Assembly (NCBI GenBank): GCA_038216175.1
Contig: JBBQQG010000001.1
Location: forward strand, 10,033 to 74,032
DNA: 64,000 nt
DNA from: Candidatus Saccharimonadales bacterium
GTDB lineage: Bacteria; Patescibacteriota; Saccharimonadia; Saccharimonadales; OMJO01
Direction: 5' to 3'
Part shown: positions 48,652-58,072 of the stretch, piece by piece
Position numbering within the stretch: position 1 is the stretch's first letter
Layout: each line of letters starts with the position of its first letter
The notes under the pieces: model-generated
What the model saw: the letters and a program-made list of their open reading frames with translations, nothing else
What the model was told of the DNA's origin: nothing
Database searches by the model: none
Made by a program: the position numbers and the translations under genes

Positions 48652-49955
48652 CCTTTACGGTAATCCTTGACGATACTGACGATTCGCTCGAGACCATGTG
48701 TTTCTTCATTGCTGGTTGTTAAATCTTTAATTACGTACTGCTCGCTGGTTAGTTCTTTTTCACCTATAAACAGCGCATATTTTAGCTGCTTTTTAACTGC
48801 CGTTTTAATTTGCTTTTCTGTTTTTTGATCAGGACCGCCGATTGCTACGTTCAGTCCCATTTGCCGAAGCTCACTTGCTACACCGAGCGCCCTCTGATAG
48901 ACGTCCCCGATAAAGACAACGAATATATCTGTTTCTACTGTAATTTCCGGCATTAATTCGTGTAGTTCTAAGAAATTAGATAGTGTTACGTCGCCCATTC
49001 CAAAACCGACTATCGGTACCGGCTCAACACCAAACATGCCAATTAGTCCTTCGTATCTACCTCCGCCGAACATACTGCGGTTATTGTCTGGGTGATTATC
49101 GAATACCTCGAAAACTATATCGGTATAGTAATCGAATCCGCGCATTAATGTTGGATCGAATTCTGAGTTTTGTATGCCGGCAGTACCAAGCATTTGAAGT
49201 AACGTATCTAATTCTTTGGCTGATTCATGATCTTTTATACTTTCTGGCAAGTCATCAAGATTTGTAGCCTTTAAATATTCAAATAACATCTCCGGTTCGT
49301 TTTTTTCTCTTTGCGACGGATTAAATATAGAGTCTACTTGGCCACTAAACTGAACGAAATCCATTTTATGCATTTTATCTATTAATCTTATTAACGTAGT
49401 CGATTGGACTTCATCTAGTCCAAGAATGTCTTTTATGAATGTATTTATTAGCTTTCGGCTATTAATCTTTATTGTATACATATCGCGTTTTGCTTTAAAC
49501 GCTTTCATAATGGCATCACTGACTTGTATTATTTCAAAATCTGCTTCTATACCTTTAATACCAAATAGATCAACATTGAGTTGCCAGAACTCACGAAGCC
49601 TGCCTCTTTGAGGCCTTTCATAGCGCCACATGTTAGGAATTGAGTACCAGCGTAGTGGATAAGGTAGTTCTTGCCTTTTAGCTGCGACCATTCGGCTAAC
49701 AGTAGGAGTCATTTCTGTTCTGATTGTTACAGAACGTCCACCGCGGTCTTCAAATGTGTATGTTTGTTCGTTTACTATTTCATCACTTGTTTTCGACGCA
49801 AATAGTTCAGTCGGTTCAAGTATAGGAGCGTCGTATTCTTCATAACCGAATCTCTCGACTGTTTCTCGCATTACTTTAAACAGATATTTTTGTAGACGTT
49901 TATCTTCAGGATAATAGTCTCTAGCACCTTTATATGGTTGTGTTGATAATGCCAT
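48648..49955 (-). CDS. hisS: histidine--tRNA ligase
   Basis: Class II motifs (RWYSIPNMWRYERPQRGRLREFWQ, GGGRYEGL). Start trimmed to MALSTQPYKGARDY at 49955. Confidence 0.9.
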   Translation of the reverse strand: MALSTQPYKGARDYYPEDKRLQKYLFKVMRETVERFGYEEYDAPILEPTELFASKTSDEIVNEQTYTFEDRGGRSVTIRTEMTPTVSRMVAAKRQELPYPLRWYSIPNMWRYERPQRGRLREFWQLNVDLFGIKGIEADFEIIQVSDAIMKAFKAKRDMYTIKINSRKLINTFIKDILGLDEVQSTTLIRLIDKMHKMDFVQFSGQVDSIFNPSQREKNEPEMLFEYLKATNLDDLPESIKDHESAKELDTLLQMLGTAGIQNSEFDPTLMRGFDYYTDIVFEVFDNHPDNNRSMFGGGRYEGLIGMFGVEPVPIVGFGMGDVTLSNFLELHELMPEITVETDIFVVFIGDVYQRALGVASELRQMGLNVAIGGPDQKTEKQIKTAVKKQLKYALFIGEKELTSEQYVIKDLTTSNEETHGLERIVSIVKDYRKG

Positions 49956-50345
49956 GGTTAGTCTTAATACATATTGTATATATAAATGTATAAGCTTCAA
50001 AATGGATAGTTGGCTATCAGAATAAATTACAGTAATCAAAAATACGGGGTGCTGTCCTTGATATTGCACTATTAAATAATTATGACCCAGTTGTTGCCAA
50101 GCTATAGAAGTATTACTTGAGTCACAGTTTATCTGTGTAGTACTATTACGCAGATCAAAGCTTTCCTTACAAGTAAGAGTAAATTACCGTTAAAAGATTA
50201 CGAAGAAAGTGACTCATCTTTCAGTAGATCTAAAGCACTTTTTCGTGACCCTAAGCTATTCGGTTTATAAGGAAATAGTAGGAGAGGTTACTAGATGGAA
50301 TGAGATTTTTAAAGGCTCTAAATACTCACTTTCATAACAGAACAA

Positions 50346-51386
50346 TCATAAAACAAAATATATTCTGCTACTTTCTGGGTTTGATATTACCCACTTCATT
50401 ATTATACCTTTTTCATTCTCCCATTTTAGTAATTGTGGCATTTTGAAGAATACACCTTCATCAAGAGGTATATTAGGAAACGGATTATGGAACACTTGCA
50501 TTTGAAAACTAGATTTTTCCCTTAACGAGCAATACAGAACCGCACTTAGTCCTGTCCGCTTCCCAAACCATTCCAGATTCTCGTCCTTGCTTGGTGTGAA
50601 ATGTCCGCTTCTGTCTTTATGCCACATCGGCGGATTATCATGATCTCCAAAGGTAATCATATCTCTACCAAATAGCGTTCTATCAATAGTGGTTTCACTC
50701 ATTCGAATACGCCCAACCCCGTCAGCAATCATAACTATTAGCGGAAGTTTAGTTTTTTTAGAGCTATATTTATTAGCTTTATCATCTAGAACTGATTTAA
50801 TTCTGTCTGAATAATCAGGCACAGCTCCACCAACGTCCATAACTGAAAGTACACAACCACCAGTAGGTTTAGGTGCGTCAATAATCGCTTGGACCTTAAG
50901 AGAAAGACTATGATGACCGAAGTTCATCTCATACCGTTTTGAAGTGTTAGTAGTATCGAGTTTATCAACCCAGTCCTTCACCATTTTCGCCACAACCTTA
51001 AGTTTGACCTTGTCGTTTGGGTTAATCAAATAGTGTAAGTCTAGCTTAAATGGAGTAGAGATTGCGCTTATCGCCTCTGTTACTTCCTGCACCTTCTTGT
51101 TAGATGTTTTTATATCTTTGCTATCCATTGTGGTTGCGACTTCAAGAATAAACTTATATCCAGATTTTGTTGTAACTAGAAAGTCAGGATTTTTACCAGT
51201 GACGACTTTTGGCTCATATTCGATTGTCCAGCCTTCTTCAAGACAATATTGATGGGTGACTAATTCATAGAGGGTAGGTATAAATACCTCATCTTCCAGA
51301 CTTTTTAACTTGTTTTTAAACTTTGGCTTATGTTCTTCTGGTAGATTTTTATACCATTTCTCGATTAATTGTCTTAACAGACGCAA
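50346..51386 (-). CDS. hypothetical protein (346 aa; weak PD-(D/E)xK-like N-terminal pattern)
   Basis: NPDFLVTTKSGYKFILEVATT resembles a nuclease core, but the ExK lysine is missing. No confident assignment. Confidence 0.45.
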   Translation of the reverse strand: MRLLRQLIEKWYKNLPEEHKPKFKNKLKSLEDEVFIPTLYELVTHQYCLEEGWTIEYEPKVVTGKNPDFLVTTKSGYKFILEVATTMDSKDIKTSNKKVQEVTEAISAISTPFKLDLHYLINPNDKVKLKVVAKMVKDWVDKLDTTNTSKRYEMNFGHHSLSLKVQAIIDAPKPTGGCVLSVMDVGGAVPDYSDRIKSVLDDKANKYSSKKTKLPLIVMIADGVGRIRMSETTIDRTLFGRDMITFGDHDNPPMWHKDRSGHFTPSKDENLEWFGKRTGLSAVLYCSLREKSSFQMQVFHNPFPNIPLDEGVFFKMPQLLKWENEKGIIMKWVISNPESSRIYFVL

Positions 51387-51658
51387 ATGATGAACAGTTC
51401 AAAGAGTATAACCTAGCTAGATCCCCTTATGAGATTTTTACTCTAAAACATGATCCAGAGAAGACTGATCCAGCTTACTATAACAAGCTGCTCAATCATT
51501 ATGGCTTTAGAGTTGAGGATGTCATTTACTTTGAACACAACGTTGCCGCTGTTAAGAGCGCAGTATCTGTAGGAATTAAGACGTACTTCTACGATCATAC
51601 TAAAGCTGACTTAGGTGCACTCAAGCAGTTTATAGATGTAAACCTTACTGATGGCTGA
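51323..51658 (+). pseudogene. HAD-hydrolase C-terminal fragment (N-terminal catalytic half missing)
   Basis: Only the distal part is present (KTDPAYYNKLLNHYGFRVEDVIYFEHNVAAVKSAVSVGIKTYFY). The 5' end of the ORF overlaps the opposite-strand gene. Confidence 0.5.
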
Positions 51659-51827
51659 GTTGTATCAAATTGACGGTATATCTGGTACCGGAAAGACCTC
51701 ATTGGCTGTAGAGTTGACCGGTAGAGGCTACGACGCTGTTGACTCCGACGGATCGTTTGGATATTTTGGTAACTCAAAAACAGGTCTGCCGACAGACGAG
51801 AAAACACAAATGAACTGGATTTGGTAA
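51651..51827 (+). pseudogene. P-loop kinase/NTPase N-terminal fragment (58 codons)
   Basis: Hand translation MAELYQIDGISGTGKTSLAVELTGRGYDAVDSDGSFGYF...NWIW*. Walker A only, then truncated. Confidence 0.45.
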
Positions 51828-52019
51828 ATGGCAGAGGATCTGTCTAACCGTAGTTCTGATTTATTTGAGTTCCCTGAAAAACTCGAATAAATACTTGAGC
51901 GTTTACATAAGCAATACCGACTTGGAATTGTAACTAGTCGTATTAAAGCTGGAATGGATGATGTGTTTAGCGCCTGTAATAAAAAGATGTGGAGCACATT
52001 ACAACTGCTTCGTAACTGA
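51828..52019 (+). pseudogene. HAD-like fragment with an in-frame TAA
   Basis: MAEDLSNRSSDLFEFPEKLE*ILERLHKQYRLGIVTSRIKAGMDDVF... The TAA at 51888-51890 interrupts a HAD motif-II-like region. Confidence 0.45.
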
Positions 52020-52032
52020 AGAGGTATATCTG

Positions 52033-52707
52033 TTACTGCACAAGGTCGGCATATACAACCAGTCGCTGAGAATAGCCGTTAATTGATTTGTCCCATTTTC
52101 CGGCACACGTAATGAGATTTAAATGTGCCTTGTTTGACTCACCGAAGATGGTTATTAGTGGTGATTTTGCGACATCATATTTGCGAGTTGATGTGATAAC
52201 AAAGTGTTGACTTACTTGAGTGTCGTTCTGAATATAAAGAGAATCGCCTGGAACAAGTTGGTCAATGTTCCAAAATACACCCTTACCTTGTCCGAGTATC
52301 TGATTATGACCATCAATAACTGCATTGCCGTGCTGACCAGGCTTCGGGCCGTTTCTATACCATCCAGCATAGTTTGTATCTTGAGGTACAGCCATTTCTC
52401 CATTTTTTGTGACTCCTACGCCCACAACTGCTATATTTTCGTTTAGTTTAGGAATCAGTATATGAAATATTGGTTTAGAAGGTTGGGACGTATTCGATTC
52501 TGTTTGTTGCTGACCTGTAGCAAAAACTTTACTTGGCGAACTTAACGAAATAATTGGTCCAAGTGATTGACGTTGAAACATTAATACGTAGGTAATCATT
52601 GGAAAGATGATTAGTGTAGCTACAAAGATACGTTTCTTCCAATAATGTGTACGTATAGGCATACGTTTATCAAAATAATAATGCTTACGGCGAATTATGT
52701 TTATCAT
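52033..52707 (-). CDS. sortase (class F-like)
   Basis: N-terminal TM anchor, the GHN histidine motif (AVIDGHNQ), catalytic LNLITCAG and the downstream Arg (SQRLVVYA). Confidence 0.8.
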   Translation of the reverse strand: MINIIRRKHYYFDKRMPIRTHYWKKRIFVATLIIFPMITYVLMFQRQSLGPIISLSSPSKVFATGQQQTESNTSQPSKPIFHILIPKLNENIAVVGVGVTKNGEMAVPQDTNYAGWYRNGPKPGQHGNAVIDGHNQILGQGKGVFWNIDQLVPGDSLYIQNDTQVSQHFVITSTRKYDVAKSPLITIFGESNKAHLNLITCAGKWDKSINGYSQRLVVYADLVQ

Positions 52708-52715
52708 ACCGTACC

Positions 52716-54134
52716 TTACACCTTGATATATAACTTAGTACGAATTCGTCGCAGAATTAGTATGGAAGTTATGGCGATAGAAACAACTGGAATAGTGTAG
52801 TTCCAAGCAAAACTATTCTTAATAATACCCGTATCAGGCATAGCTTTCGGAATAACCAAATTAGAATTTAGGACATTTGATGATGGTCCAGGGCAGGATG
52901 TATTGCCTGTATTTCCGGTAACAGGATCAAAACTCCAGACAATACCGGCATCGCCTGTAGCGAAGAAACATCCAAGGTCTGAGTAGGTATATCCATAATC
53001 GCCGGTGTTTCCACTATTAACACTCGGCCAGAAATGTGGGCCACCGAAACCTGCACATCGCGCCGGCACGCTAAAGTCGTAGCAATCAGCAAAGCCACCA
53101 TTCGGCTGATAGAATGCGAAGTATGTCTTATTACCAAATCGAGTTTCTTCACGAGCAAATGAACCAGGTAACCCTGTCATTAAACCTGCCAGTGGAGTAA
53201 CTGGCGTTGATGTATTAAGATCAAAACATGTTGGACCGTCAGGTCCAAAGCCGGCAATACATACAGCATTTGCTGTTCCCGTCGTAGAATATGAAGCAAA
53301 TATCGAACCTATCCCTTCGTGTGCAACAGTACTGGTACCGGCCAGATCAACACCATTTGTCCAACCTGCACATCTAGCATCAGTCAGGGTGTCATAACAA
53401 GTTAATCTAGCATCTGCAGGAGTTGACTGGGACCAATAATTTACAACCAGGTAAACGTTAGTTCCAATTACTTCTCTAGGTAAACGAAGGGAAGTGCCAT
53501 CATAAGCCGGCATAGTTGCATCCCCGGCGGCAATGTCATACGGTTGACCAATGCAGGCGGCTAATGTATTTAGATCATAGCAGTACGCTTTTACATCTTC
53601 ACCGATACCGTATAAGCGGTTGCCAACCTGTTCTAATCCATCAAATGCAGAGGCATTTGGAGAATTATTCATTACTAATGTCCCAAGTGGTATATAACCG
53701 CAATTAGTCCCCGCTTCTAAATCAAAACAGCCTATACCGTTATCCGCGCTTCTCTGTGCAGCGTAGTAAAGTTTTGAACCAACCATAATGTAGTGCGGAT
53801 AAAAGCTTGTACTAATATCATCCACGCCGGTGTTTGATGATCCTAAAGTAGAACTAAAATATTTAGGATAACCTACACATATACCACTGGTAGTCGTAGA
53901 CACACAGTTAATATTGCTATTAGGCGTGGCAGTACCACTCGGCTTCCTGTGATGGTAAATTGTATACACTTGAGTTTGCCCACTTAGAGTTTTATAGACA
54001 ATAGGTGTATAACCATCACCTCCCGTAGCAGAGATGACAGAGATAGCTGAGACGTGACCTGTTCGGGCTATAAAACAGATTGAAAATATCAGGAAAATAA
54101 TAAATAATAATCCCGACCTTGTTTTGTATTTCAT
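52716..54134 (-). CDS. secreted Cys-repeat surface protein with an MPDTG sorting signal (probable sortase substrate)
   Basis: Signal peptide ...ARTGHVSA. About 6-7 repeats of C[YF]D-x6/7-C-x-G. C-terminal AMPDTG, then a hydrophobic helix, then RRIRTK. Confidence 0.7.
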   Translation of the reverse strand: MKYKTRSGLLFIIFLIFSICFIARTGHVSAISVISATGGDGYTPIVYKTLSGQTQVYTIYHHRKPSGTATPNSNINCVSTTTSGICVGYPKYFSSTLGSSNTGVDDISTSFYPHYIMVGSKLYYAAQRSADNGIGCFDLEAGTNCGYIPLGTLVMNNSPNASAFDGLEQVGNRLYGIGEDVKAYCYDLNTLAACIGQPYDIAAGDATMPAYDGTSLRLPREVIGTNVYLVVNYWSQSTPADARLTCYDTLTDARCAGWTNGVDLAGTSTVAHEGIGSIFASYSTTGTANAVCIAGFGPDGPTCFDLNTSTPVTPLAGLMTGLPGSFAREETRFGNKTYFAFYQPNGGFADCYDFSVPARCAGFGGPHFWPSVNSGNTGDYGYTYSDLGCFFATGDAGIVWSFDPVTGNTGNTSCPGPSSNVLNSNLVIPKAMPDTGIIKNSFAWNYTIPVVSIAITSILILRRIRTKLYIKV

Positions 54135-54595
54135 TTTTCTCTCTTTATTTGTTATTTGCGAATGCCTTCAGTCTTAACCGTTAGCATAATTACTATGTAC
54201 TATACATACAGATGAGAGTAATGCAAATAGATAATTTAAAAGCATTTATTAGCAAAGACAAGAAAGCAAATTTAAGGACTCCGAGAGTTTTATTACAACT
54301 AAGCTAACTTGTACTTATAAGCCGTCTTTAAGTATCATAAAAGTATATATCGTGAGTTCGCATATTCGATCCTTGCCGCTCCATAATCACTGGTATTACT
54401 TAAATACATTCAGAAATATTGTCAGATAAAAAGCTATATATAACATCTGGTGAAGTTGATTCTTTAGCTTCGAAAGTATCTGTAAAATTCTAAAAATGAT
54501 AATATAGTCAACCTATATTAATCCACAAGCAATTTGACAGACGATATGTGATGGTAGATTATATAATTGATAGTTATTTAAAAACAAAGAAAAAT

Positions 54596-56164
54596 ATGCT
54601 GACTGCAAAAAAGAAACAAACTAAAATAGATAAACTTGCTAATTTTTTAAGACCATCTAGTCCGGTAAAGGGTTTGTTGATATTTCCTATTGTATTTGCG
54701 CTTACTGGTGGTAGTTTTGCAGTTTTAAAAAGCTTTGCTGCAACTCCGCCGCCTGTTAATACGGTTCGGCCTGTTGTTACTGGCTCCCCTGTTGTTGGCC
54801 AAGTCTTAAGTGCAACGACCGGAACTTGGACCGGTAGTCCGACTAGTTATGCCTATCAGTGGCAGGATTGTGCCGGATATTTCTGTTTTAACTTAGCTGG
54901 TGGGAGCGGTTCTAGATATACAGTTACTAAGGCTGATGTCGGCCTTGTCATTAGGGTTGAAGTGGTTGCCTCTAATTCGTTTAGTTTTGCATCGTCTGCA
55001 TCATCTCCAACAGCGGTTGTCAGTGTAGTTAAAGACAGTTTCACCAAGTACGTAATTGACGCTAGTCCGGCTGGTACGGTCGTCGAAAAGACTCTGGTTG
55101 ATTTAAACGGCGATGGTAAGGCTGATGCTGTAATCGGAGAAGAACCTTCACCTTCTCAACCGGGTGGTGGTGGCATTTACTGGTATCAATATCCAGCTAG
55201 CGGGATACCAAGTGACGTTTGGACTAAACATATGATTATTTCTAGCGGTACAGCCTACGAAGACTTGAAAGCTTATGACGTTAATAACGATGGCCGGCAA
55301 GACATTATTGCCAGCCTTAATAACAACGTTTATTTATTTATTAATCCAACAACGGTTAATGGCGTATGGCAAAAAGTACTAATTGGACCTGGAAACGGTG
55401 AGGATACAATTGCACTTGGAGATATTGACGGTGATGGTAAGACCGATATTGCTACTAATTCTTATATCTATTTTCAAAATAGTCCGACTTCATGGCAAAC
55501 AATTAGGTTGAGCACCAGTTTTAGTGCTTCGGCCCTGCTTGATAGTGGTTCAGGCAAAGGCCGAATTGATTTAGTTGGCAATGGGGCTAGTTCTCCATAT
55601 AACATTGTTTGGTATCAGAACCCTAGAGACGTCGGAGGAAATGCTCGAACCGGTACCTGGACTATGTTTACGGTTGGACCGGGTTACTTTTGTTCTGGTG
55701 GACTTAACCAGTGTGATGAAGGCTCAGTTGCAACAGCCTCTACAGCTGATCTTAACGGCGATGGACGTATGGATGTCGTTGTAGGACAATCTGAAGGCAG
55801 TCCGGCTCCTCCAGGCGGTTTAAAATGGTTTGAGGCTCCTCTAAATCGTACCCAGCCCTGGATAGTGCATAACATTAATACTAGCTATACAGATACTCAT
55901 AATATTATCGTTGCGGATATTAACCGTGATGGGACTCCTGATCTAGTTACCGGTGAGCAAGATCAGTCAGTAAATAAGCGCATCTCGGTTTTTTATAATG
56001 ATGGTAGAGGAAACTTTAATGAGCAAGTTTTGTCGCATGATGCAACTCACAACGTCGCTGTTGCCGACGTCAATAAAGACGGTGATCTGGACATTTTATC
56101 TTCCCCGCATGGATACTTTGGCGGTCCTCACCCGATAGAGCTGTTTGTAAATAATCACTTCTGA
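54596..56164 (+). CDS. FG-GAP/VCBS repeat (integrin-alpha-like beta-propeller) surface protein with an Ig-like repeat
   Basis: Six D-x-[DN]-x-D-G-x-x-D motifs (DLNGDGKAD, DVNNDGRQD, DIDGDGKTD, DLNGDGRMD, DINRDGTPD, DVNKDGDLD) and an Ig-like repeat (PVVTGSPVVGQVLSATTGTWTGSPTSYAYQWQDC). The start is uncertain: GTG 54548 or ATG 54596. Confidence 0.75.
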   Translation: MLTAKKKQTKIDKLANFLRPSSPVKGLLIFPIVFALTGGSFAVLKSFAATPPPVNTVRPVVTGSPVVGQVLSATTGTWTGSPTSYAYQWQDCAGYFCFNLAGGSGSRYTVTKADVGLVIRVEVVASNSFSFASSASSPTAVVSVVKDSFTKYVIDASPAGTVVEKTLVDLNGDGKADAVIGEEPSPSQPGGGGIYWYQYPASGIPSDVWTKHMIISSGTAYEDLKAYDVNNDGRQDIIASLNNNVYLFINPTTVNGVWQKVLIGPGNGEDTIALGDIDGDGKTDIATNSYIYFQNSPTSWQTIRLSTSFSASALLDSGSGKGRIDLVGNGASSPYNIVWYQNPRDVGGNARTGTWTMFTVGPGYFCSGGLNQCDEGSVATASTADLNGDGRMDVVVGQSEGSPAPPGGLKWFEAPLNRTQPWIVHNINTSYTDTHNIIVADINRDGTPDLVTGEQDQSVNKRISVFYNDGRGNFNEQVLSHDATHNVAVADVNKDGDLDILSSPHGYFGGPHPIELFVNNHF

Positions 56165-56364
56165 TTGAACTGAGTTTAACTGTTTAACTTGTTCTTTTAA
56201 GCTAGTCTGCAATCGGTCGTCGTATTATACGTTTCAAATAATCTTTAAGAATAGATAATAGCTTTGTTAATTTATTAATATATTTAAAGTGGCTACGGTT
56301 GTGATATGTCACAAATATCTGTATTATCTGTTTTGACATATTTATTATCTTATTTTGAAAGTAT

Positions 56365-57453
56365 ATGGAATCTAGTCCAACACAACCTCCGCAGCCAGAA
56401 GTCCACTTTGAGCCCGGTATTCACACTTTAAGTCAGAGCTCGTCAGAACAGTTAGATAAGAAAGTGCGATCTGGTAAAGTTGGTGCTAATCAGTGGAACC
56501 AGGCAGTCACCGAAAGATTGGCAGATTACAGCCCGGAAATGATCGCTATCGACAGCCTTGTCTGTCCGCATGATAAACGAAAATTAACAATCGACGACAA
56601 AGTTAATATATGGGAATTTATGCCAGACCGTCCGACTTTAATAAATGGTACCGACAGTATTAATGTCTTGCTCGGAGATAATATCTATAATGAACAGCCT
56701 GCTTCCGATTTAGTGCCATCTGGATTAGCATTAGCCGACGCTGGAGCTATATTTATTGCTGGTAATTTAGGTGGCGTGCAGTTAGATAAAATGGCTCATG
56801 GCTGGCGAAAATGGATGGCTGGTTATGATAACGTATCCGGTAATTTCGATGATGAGCTAGCTAGTAAGGTTTCGCGGCGCAATTTTTTTAGAATAGCTGG
56901 TTCGATTGCCGCAGTCGCCGTATTTACATCGGATAGAACTGCTGCATATTCGCCGTGGCAGTCTGTAACTTCGTTTTTTTCGCGTATTGCTGACGTTCAA
57001 CAGCACTATAGTCCGGAACAATTATTTACACTTAATAAATACGTAGAAGGGCGGACTGCTCTGTTAATTCAAAAGATGTACGACGGACTTTCGGCAACTA
57101 ATCAAAAAGTTGGCTCAGTCATTTTGGGTTCCGGACATATAAATGATTCTGTGCAGCTTCTACATGATCAGGAATTTCGTCTTGATTTAATAGTTGATCA
57201 TACTAAGCTTCTTCTCGATGCCGCCCCTACTGGCCTTGGATTGTATAGTTATGATAAAGAGAACCTAAATACTCGGGTTAATTTCCAGATTGATGCCATA
57301 CTTCAGATGCAGAATAATTATGCTGTCGTTTCGGTCAGCGAACCTGATAATAAGAGGTTTAAAAAGGACGCCCTTAAAGAAATAGACCGAATAGTCAAGC
57401 TTGATCATTACTTTACGTCAGAACCTATTAAGCAGGCTATCGGCAAGATTTAA
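56365..57453 (+). CDS. hypothetical protein with a central Tat-signal-like segment
   Basis: 362-aa ORF. SRRNFFRIAGSIAAVAVF lies at about residue 170. Confidence 0.5.
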   Translation: MESSPTQPPQPEVHFEPGIHTLSQSSSEQLDKKVRSGKVGANQWNQAVTERLADYSPEMIAIDSLVCPHDKRKLTIDDKVNIWEFMPDRPTLINGTDSINVLLGDNIYNEQPASDLVPSGLALADAGAIFIAGNLGGVQLDKMAHGWRKWMAGYDNVSGNFDDELASKVSRRNFFRIAGSIAAVAVFTSDRTAAYSPWQSVTSFFSRIADVQQHYSPEQLFTLNKYVEGRTALLIQKMYDGLSATNQKVGSVILGSGHINDSVQLLHDQEFRLDLIVDHTKLLLDAAPTGLGLYSYDKENLNTRVNFQIDAILQMQNNYAVVSVSEPDNKRFKKDALKEIDRIVKLDHYFTSEPIKQAIGKI

Positions 57454-57519
57454 ACTAGCAGTTTATAATTATTTTAGAACACTGCTGTATTTGGATTTAT
57501 AAAGAAGTCGAACTATTAA

Positions 57520-57921
57520 TTATGATTCGACTAAAGGTACGTTTAATACATTTGTTATGTGAAGTCTGGCAGCTCTTTCCGGTGGCTGTAAATGCTTTTC
57601 TACAACCCAGTAGTTTGTGTCTTTTAAAATAATATTCTCTATTTTTGATACATCGTGTTTTGGCTTAATAATAAATTGTTTGCGGTTATTGTGTATCTCA
57701 TTATAAATGCTTAGTTTAATTTCTATTTTTTGTAGGCAGTTTTCATCTGAGCATTCACAGAAAAAATGAAAGGTAAGATTTTCGAGCTCAGGCAGCGATT
57801 TGTCTTTCTCTTCTTCGGCGATCTCTTTTAATTTATCGAGTTCCGTCTGGACGCGTTCATTAGCTTGTCGAAAAACTACTTCGTTTTCGATCTGCCGCCT
57901 CTCAGACTGTATCTTCTCCAT
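57520..57921 (-). CDS. hypothetical protein (133 aa, coiled N-terminus, CEC..C motif)
   Basis: FHFFCECSDENCLQKIEIKLSIYNEI...FIIKPKHD pattern. No function assigned. Confidence 0.5.
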   Translation of the reverse strand: MEKIQSERRQIENEVVFRQANERVQTELDKLKEIAEEEKDKSLPELENLTFHFFCECSDENCLQKIEIKLSIYNEIHNNRKQFIIKPKHDVSKIENIILKDTNYWVVEKHLQPPERAARLHITNVLNVPLVES

Positions 57922-58008
57922 GTATTCATTATACTAACAGTTTTACAAATAAAACAACAGCGTTATCGATACTGTTCTCTTGATAGGGAATGGGGGGTAT
58001 TTGAAGTA

Positions 58009-58037
58009 TTGTTAATTATTGAATTTTCTGTTATAAT
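58009..58037 (+). promoter_or_regulatory. candidate promoter for the 58073 operon
   Basis: TTGTTA, 17 nt spacer, TATAAT, 35 nt upstream of the ATG. Confidence 0.3.
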
Positions 58038-58072
58038 ACTTTAGTTAAATTAACGGAACTTTATTCATAGTT

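Noticed and set aside
51595-51997. Minus-strand ORFs 51595..51807 and 51728..51997 in the decay zone.
   Set aside because: They run antisense to recognisable plus-strand HAD and P-loop fragments. Their translations are low-complexity and show no motifs.
56300-56313. TGTGA-TATG-TCACA inverted repeat upstream of the 56365 ORF, resembling a CRP/FNR site.
   Set aside because: The spacer is 4 nt rather than the 6 nt of CRP-type sites. The arms are only 5 bp in an AT-rich region, so it is compatible with chance.
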